DNA of 64,000 nucleotides from a virus (Duplodnaviria; Heunggongvirae; Uroviricota; Caudoviricetes): IMG/VR virus record IMGVR_UViG_2721755651_000007; one strand, 5' to 3'. Shown piece by piece: positions 58,669 to 64,000 of this stretch (position 1 is its first letter; each line of letters starts with the position of its first letter). The notes under the pieces were generated by a model. It saw only the letters and a program-made list of their open reading frames with translations, ran no database searches and was not told where the DNA came from. The position numbers and the translations under genes were made by a program.

Positions 58669-59076
58669 ATGAAAAACGAAACCTTCGGTGCTCGCCTCTT
58701 ATACAGGCGAAAAAAATTAAAACTGTCTCAGGCCGCATTAGGTAAGCTGGTCAAAGTGGCTCACGTAACAATTTCTCAATGGGAAAGAGATGAAACACAG
58801 CCAGCGGGGAAGAGATTATTCGCACTGAGCCAGGCGCTTCAGTGCTCGCCGACTTGGCTTCTTTTTGGAGATGAAGATAAGCAACCAGGCGAACCGATCC
58901 CAGATAATCAGCCAGTCAATCTGACAGAAGATCAAAAAGAGTTGCTTCAACTGTTCGACGCACTGCCTGAGTCAGAGCAAAAGGCTCTGTTGTCAGAGAT
59001 GCGTGCTCGAGTTGAGAATTTCAACAAACTTTTTGAAGAACTACTCAAAGCTCGCAAAAGAAGCGCAAATAAATAA
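58669..59076 (+). CDS. cI: CI-like repressor, HTH (XRE) without peptidase domain
   Basis: N-terminal HTH ..LKLSQAALGKLVKVAHVTISQWERDE..; C-terminus helical, no S24 motifs. Confidence 0.65.
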   Translation: MKNETFGARLLYRRKKLKLSQAALGKLVKVAHVTISQWERDETQPAGKRLFALSQALQCSPTWLLFGDEDKQPGEPIPDNQPVNLTEDQKELLQLFDALPESEQKALLSEMRARVENFNKLFEELLKARKRSANK

Positions 59077-59339
59077 CCCCCCTTTTTTTCGCAACTCTCT
59101 GTAATAAAAAGCACAAACTTTCAAATACTTGTGTTTTTTACATCAAGAAGCTTAGGTTTTTCTACACAAAAAGCTTGACCATAACTCTTAGGCTATTCTA
59201 AATTCTACTCATCAAGACACCGCACGGTGTTCTCAGCAAACAGTTCCGCTACCCGGCGTTAAGGGGAAGCAGAGGATTTCTCAGTGGGCGAGTCAAACAT
59301 CAGAATGGAAGGCGTCCAGGGATCAGCAAAGAAACAGCG

Positions 59340-59639
59340 ATGGCGCTTTATATTGATATCAGCGCCATTGCCGGACAGGTAAGAGTTATCAGAGCGGTAA
59401 CTAAGCGGTATGCGCCTTTACTTCAGAAAGTCTCTGGTGAGTGCACCGAAGATATTGTCAACGATTTCGTCATCGAACTGCGAGGACTCATCTTCAGTTA
59501 CAAGGTGACCACAATTTTTGCAGATGGCTCCCGCGAAACTGTCAGAGCCCTGCGGCTTAAAGGATGTGTCAAAGACTTAGCCACCACATTCTGGGCAAGA
59601 AAACTTGATTGTATTCATAACCAATTTCCTCTCGAGTAA
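59340..59639 (+). CDS. hypothetical left-operon protein
   Basis: 99-aa ORF. Confidence 0.35.
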   Translation: MALYIDISAIAGQVRVIRAVTKRYAPLLQKVSGECTEDIVNDFVIELRGLIFSYKVTTIFADGSRETVRALRLKGCVKDLATTFWARKLDCIHNQFPLE

Positions 59640-59711
59640 CAGACCCCTCAGAGGATACCACCTCGCCTGACGTGGTTAAAAAGCAGGCAACGCTAACCAC
59701 AAGGAGCCGAC

Positions 59712-59930
59712 ATGCAGAAACGAGACCCCGTCATCATCGCGCCAGACTATACCGATGATGAACTTTATGAGTGGATGCACCAGAAAATTAAGGCGGTGCA
59801 GGACCTGAAATGGGCCAATGAAGCCAGGGCTAAGCAGGCTGAAAATCTGTCCGCTCTGGAGCAGGATATCACCAATCTGGAAAAAGCAGCGGCATTAAGC
59901 ATTGCCAGAATGATTACATACCCACGTTAA
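59712..59930 (+). CDS. hypothetical left-operon protein
   Basis: 72 aa, AGGAG SD. Confidence 0.4.
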   Translation: MQKRDPVIIAPDYTDDELYEWMHQKIKAVQDLKWANEARAKQAENLSALEQDITNLEKAAALSIARMITYPR

Positions 59931-59952
59931 TAGCTAACCAACGAGGCTAATA

Positions 59953-60360
59953 ATGGAATTTAAAGATTTACCAACGCCATTACAGGAAATGGCATCGAAT
60001 ATAGTTCGTTCACAACTGGCTACTCTTGACCTTAGTACCGCAGAAAAAGAAACCATCGATAATATGGTTCGTAATGTGCGCAATGCTTTTTCTGGGCTAT
60101 ATGGTTCTGATAATCAAAAGCAGGAAAGCGATGTTAATAAACGGGTAATTTCTGTTTGCGTGAATGGCCATGTTCTTTCATCAATCAAAACAGAAACGGC
60201 GACAGTCTTCGATTGCCTTTGCATTGTACAGAGCCTTGTTGATGCCCTGTTTCGTTCAGTGAATTTAGAAAATGATGCAAATCTGCGAGGGCGCATAATA
60301 GCACATCCATATGCACATACTTTAGGCTCTGTGGATATCAAAGATCCCACAAATCTTTAA
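59953..60360 (+). CDS. hypothetical MEFKDLP-family protein (variable cargo)
   Basis: shares N-terminal about 50 aa with 12765..13403; GAGG SD. Confidence 0.45.
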   Translation: MEFKDLPTPLQEMASNIVRSQLATLDLSTAEKETIDNMVRNVRNAFSGLYGSDNQKQESDVNKRVISVCVNGHVLSSIKTETATVFDCLCIVQSLVDALFRSVNLENDANLRGRIIAHPYAHTLGSVDIKDPTNL

Positions 60361-60571
60361 TGAAATAGTTAACGCGAATTGTACTTGCTCTTTCGGTTGC
60401 TTTCAGAATACGCGTTGAAACTGCTGGCGGTAATTTGGTATTCCATTTATTAAAATCATGCCCGGGAAAGTACTCTTCGAAAATACTTTTAACTGCAGAC
60501 TCGCCTATTGAAATGCTGCTTACCATGCGATTTTGATAAAGGCATTTAGCAATAAGAGTTGATTTTAACAT
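60338..60571 (-). CDS. small hypothetical protein, antisense to left operon
   Basis: SD GGAGGG; same position as A's 13404..13613 but unrelated sequence. Confidence 0.35.
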   Translation of the reverse strand: MLKSTLIAKCLYQNRMVSSISIGESAVKSIFEEYFPGHDFNKWNTKLPPAVSTRILKATERASTIRVNYFIKDLWDL

Positions 60572-60621
60572 TCACCCTCCTGAGGGTTGGTAATTAAGGA
60601 GTTCTCCACGGGTGAAGTGGA

Positions 60622-60960
60622 GTGCGTGCGCCGGACACGGGTGAACATCCGGCACTGACAGTTTACTGAAAGGATATTTCTCTGAAAAGTCAGAGCATAA
60701 CGCGAAAGCGCACGGCGAGGTTGCTGGTTCATAGATAGCCTGTCGTTAAATTTTCGTCGACCGTGCGCTTCCGGTTGTGGCACTCCGCGAAATGGCGCAG
60801 CGGTAAGTATGGCGGGGTTATTCCTTCCCCGTTGAGGACACCGGGTTGTCAGGTTGACCATACGCTTAAGTGACAACCCCGCTGCAACGCCCTCTGTTAT
60901 CAATTTTCTGGTGACGTTTGGCGGCATCTGTTTGCCCATGAACTGATGTCCGCCCTTTTT
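60622..60960 (+). ncRNA. candidate structured noncoding element (339 nt), second copy
   Basis: conserved with 13670..14008; terminal hairpin plus T-run. Confidence 0.3.
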
Positions 60961-61129
60961 AAAGTGAATTTTGTGATGCAGTGAATGCGGCTAAGCGCAC
61001 GCGGAACAGTTAAAGCTAAAAACAGTGTTATGGGTGGATTCTCTGTATCCGGCGTTAATTGTTAACTGGTTAACGTCACCTGGAGGCACCAGGCACCGCA
61101 TCACAAAATTCATTGTTGAGGACGCGATA

Positions 61130-61318
61130 ATGGAAACGTTATTACCAAACGTTAATACGTCTGAAGGTTGTTTTGAAATTGGTGTCACTATCAGTAACCC
61201 TGTATTTACTGAAGATGCCATTAACAAGAGAAAACACGAACGGGAGTTATTAAATAAAATATGCATTCTTTCAATGCTGGCCCGTTTACGTCCGATACAA
61301 AAAGGATGCTGGCAATGA
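61130..61318 (+). CDS. small hypothetical protein (kil-region)
   Basis: paralog of 14178..14366. Confidence 0.4.
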   Translation: METLLPNVNTSEGCFEIGVTISNPVFTEDAINKRKHERELLNKICILSMLARLRPIQKGCWQ

Positions 61319-61506
61319 ATACAGCATTTGCACTTGTTCTGACAGTTTTTCTTGTTTCCGGAGAGCCAGTTGATATTGCAGTCAGTGTTCACAGGACAAT
61401 GCAGGAGTGTGTGACTGCAGCAACCGAACAGAAAATTCCCGGTAACTGTTACCCTGTCGATAAAGTTATTCACCAGGATAATAACGAAATCCCGGCAGGT
61501 CTTTAA
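61315..61506 (+). CDS. small membrane/secreted protein
   Basis: paralog of 14363..14551; ATGA overlap. Confidence 0.4.
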   Translation: MNTAFALVLTVFLVSGEPVDIAVSVHRTMQECVTAATEQKIPGNCYPVDKVIHQDNNEIPAGL

Positions 61507-61598
61507 AACAGTTCCGTAATAAACATCCGATTTCATTCTTATATGCCAGCAATGGCAGGGATTTGTTCACCCTTAAATCTGTAATGAGGTAAAACAAA

Positions 61599-64000
61599 AT
61601 GAGTAAAGTCTTTATTTGCGCCGCCATTCCGGACGAACAGGCAATAAAGGAAGAAGGTGCAGTCGCTGTAGCCACTGCCATTGAAGCCGGTGATGAACGT
61701 CGCGCCCGCGCAAAATTTCACTGGCAATTCCTGGAGCATTATCCGGCTGCTCAGGACTGCGCTTATAAATTTCTTGTTTGCGAGGATAAACCCGGTATAC
61801 CCCGCCCTGCCCTCGATTCCTGGGATGCTGAATATATGCAGGAAAACCGCTGGGATGAGGGGGCTGCTTCCTTTGTCCCGGTTGAGACTGAATCCGATCC
61901 GATGAACGTCGCTTTTGACAAGCTGGCCCCTGAAGTACAGAACGCTGTCATGGTTAAGTTCGACACATGTGAAAACATCACCGTTGATATGGTGATTAGC
62001 GCGCAGGAATTGTTGCAGGAAGACATGGCAACATTCGACGGACATATCGTTGAAGCGTTGATGAAAATGCCAGAAGTTAACGCCATGTATCCGGAGCTTA
62101 AGCTGCATGCCATCGGGTGGGTTAAGCATAAATGTAAGCCTGGTGCCAAATGGCCCGAAATTCAGGCAGAAATGCGCATCTGGAAAAAACGTCGCGAAGG
62201 TGAACGCAAGGAAACCGGAAAATACACGTCTGTTGTTGATCTCGCCCGCGCCAGAGTCCACCGACAGCACACTGAAAACTCAGCAGAAAAAATCCCCCCT
62301 GTCACTGCAGTCATTCGTCGCGAATATAAGCAGACATGGAAAACACTGGATGACGAACTGGCCTACGCTCTCTGGCCTGGTGATGTGGATGCCGGAAACA
62401 TTGACGGCAGCATCCATCGCTGGGCAAAAAATGAAGTTATCGACAACGACCGCGAAGACTGGAAGCGTATCTCGGCATCAATGCGCAAACAGCCTGATGC
62501 CCTTCGCTACGACCGCCAGACTATTTTTGGCCTTGTCCGTGAACGTCCGATCGACATTCACAAAGACCCTGTGGCACTGAACAAATACATTACTGAATAC
62601 CTGACTACAAAGGGCGTGTTTGAAGATGAAGGAACAAATCAGAGCGCAACTGACACTCTCTCGTCGCCAGTACCAGAAACTGATGCAGTGGAAACGGCAA
62701 TTCCGGACAACGAAAAAACCGAATGCAAAGTGGAAGTCGAACCATCTGTAGAGCGTGAGGGGCCGTTCTACTTCCTCTTCACCGACAAGGATGGCGAAAA
62801 ATACGGTCGCGCAAACAAACTTTCTGGTCTGGATAAGGCGCTGGCTGCCGGGGCTACTGAAATCACAAAAGAAGAATATTTTGCCCGAAAAAATGGCACA
62901 TACACAGGCTTACCGCAAAATGCAAATACCGCACAAAATTCTGAACAACCAGAACCGGTAAAAGTTACCGCTGACGAAGTAAAGAAAATTATGCAGGCAG
63001 CCAATATCAGCCAGCCTGACGCCAATCAGTTGCTCGCCGCATCACGTGGTGAATTTGTTGCAGGGATTAGCGACCCGAATGATCCGAAATGGGTGAAGGG
63101 GATTGAAACCCGCGATTCTGTGAACCAGAACCAGCAAGAAACGGAACAGAACGACCAGAAAGCGGAACAAAACAGCCCAAATACGCAACAAAACGAGCCA
63201 GAAACGAAACAACCTGAGCCAGTAGCGCAACAGGAACCGGAAAAAGTCTGCACCGCCTGCGGTCAGACCGGCGGCGGCAACTGCCCTGATTGTGGCGCGG
63301 TGATGGGCGACGCAACATACCAGGAAACATTCGATGAAGAGTATCAGGTTGAAGTTCAGGAAGATGATCCGGAGGAAATGGAAGGCGCTGAACATCCACA
63401 CAAGGAGAACACTGACGGCAATCAGCATCACGATAGCGATAATGAAACTGGCGAGACGGCAGATCACTCAATTAAGGTGAACGGTCATCAAGAAATCACA
63501 TCCACCAGCAGGACGTGTGACCATCTAATGATCGACCTTGAAACCATGGGAAAAAATCCTGATGCCCCGATCATCTCAATAGGTGCAATATTTTTCGATC
63601 CGCAAACCGGAGATATGGGACCGGAATTTAGTAAGACTATCGATCTGGAAACTGCTGGCGGGGTCATTGATCGGGACACCATTAAATGGTGGCTTAAGCA
63701 ATCACGCGAAGCGCAATCTGCCATTATGACCGATGAAATCCCGTTAGATGATGCACTATTACAATTGCGGGAATTTATCGACGAAAACTCCGGTGAATTT
63801 TTTGTTCAGGTCTGGGGAAATGGAGCCAACTTCGACAACACGATTTTGCGCCGTTCATACGAACGGCAGGGGATCCCCTGCCCGTGGCGTTACTACAACG
63901 ATCGCGATGTACGCACAATCGTTGAGCTGGGGAAAGCCATAGACTTCGATGCCAGAACGGCTATTCCATTCGAAGGTGAGCGCCATAATGCACTTGATGA
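61599..64000 (+). CDS. recE: RecE-like N-terminal region fused to DnaQ-like (DEDDh) 3'-5' exonuclease-like domain; partial, continues beyond window
   Basis: ..LLAASRGEFVAGISDPNDPKWVKGIETRDSV.. RecE-like; C-terminal ..MIDLETMG.. ..WGNGANFD.. ..H..LDD exonuclease motifs; no stop before window end; absent from ORF track for that reason. Confidence 0.6.
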   Translation, partial: MSKVFICAAIPDEQAIKEEGAVAVATAIEAGDERRARAKFHWQFLEHYPAAQDCAYKFLVCEDKPGIPRPALDSWDAEYMQENRWDEGAASFVPVETESDPMNVAFDKLAPEVQNAVMVKFDTCENITVDMVISAQELLQEDMATFDGHIVEALMKMPEVNAMYPELKLHAIGWVKHKCKPGAKWPEIQAEMRIWKKRREGERKETGKYTSVVDLARARVHRQHTENSAEKIPPVTAVIRREYKQTWKTLDDELAYALWPGDVDAGNIDGSIHRWAKNEVIDNDREDWKRISASMRKQPDALRYDRQTIFGLVRERPIDIHKDPVALNKYITEYLTTKGVFEDEGTNQSATDTLSSPVPETDAVETAIPDNEKTECKVEVEPSVEREGPFYFLFTDKDGEKYGRANKLSGLDKALAAGATEITKEEYFARKNGTYTGLPQNANTAQNSEQPEPVKVTADEVKKIMQAANISQPDANQLLAASRGEFVAGISDPNDPKWVKGIETRDSVNQNQQETEQNDQKAEQNSPNTQQNEPETKQPEPVAQQEPEKVCTACGQTGGGNCPDCGAVMGDATYQETFDEEYQVEVQEDDPEEMEGAEHPHKENTDGNQHHDSDNETGETADHSIKVNGHQEITSTSRTCDHLMIDLETMGKNPDAPIISIGAIFFDPQTGDMGPEFSKTIDLETAGGVIDRDTIKWWLKQSREAQSAIMTDEIPLDDALLQLREFIDENSGEFFVQVWGNGANFDNTILRRSYERQGIPCPWRYYNDRDVRTIVELGKAIDFDARTAIPFEGERHNALD

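Overview
The window reads as an enterohaemorrhagic-E. coli-type chromosomal segment (organism assignment is inference from gene content) carrying two lambdoid prophages in tandem, same orientation, with late genes on the minus strand. Prophage A (about 1-16430) shows a TerB-like gene, an Arg/Ile tRNA cluster, an AraC regulator, Q, RusA, a nin region with YgiW-like and hok cargo, an IS629-like insertion, P, O with ori iterons, a YdaT-like cII-position gene, cro and cI, and left-operon cargo ending in a truncated recE fused to an integrase 3' fragment. Between the prophages lie an IS256-family element split by a nested IS66-family (ISEc8-like) element and NleG-like effector genes. Prophage B (about 22500 to beyond 64000) has a complete-looking but damaged morphogenesis module (side tail fibre, Lom, frameshifted J, truncated L with K/I missing, tape measure, G/T frameshift, V, head genes, terminase, HNH, candidate cos), then a lysis cassette (pinholin, SAR endolysin, Ant, Rz/Rz1), NanS-p esterase with no stx, tRNAs, an orphan DNA methyltransferase, Q, RusA, nin cargo (hok, secreted solute-binding-like protein), P, O, cro, a peptidase-less repressor and a RecE-like gene running off the window. 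No single unambiguous new system is proven; the best candidates for something undescribed are a conserved 339-nt terminator-capped noncoding block present in both prophages next to variable small genes, the variable cargo between the repressor and that block, and an interrupted repeat array at the portal 3' end. All product calls rest on remembered family motifs and synteny, not on searches.
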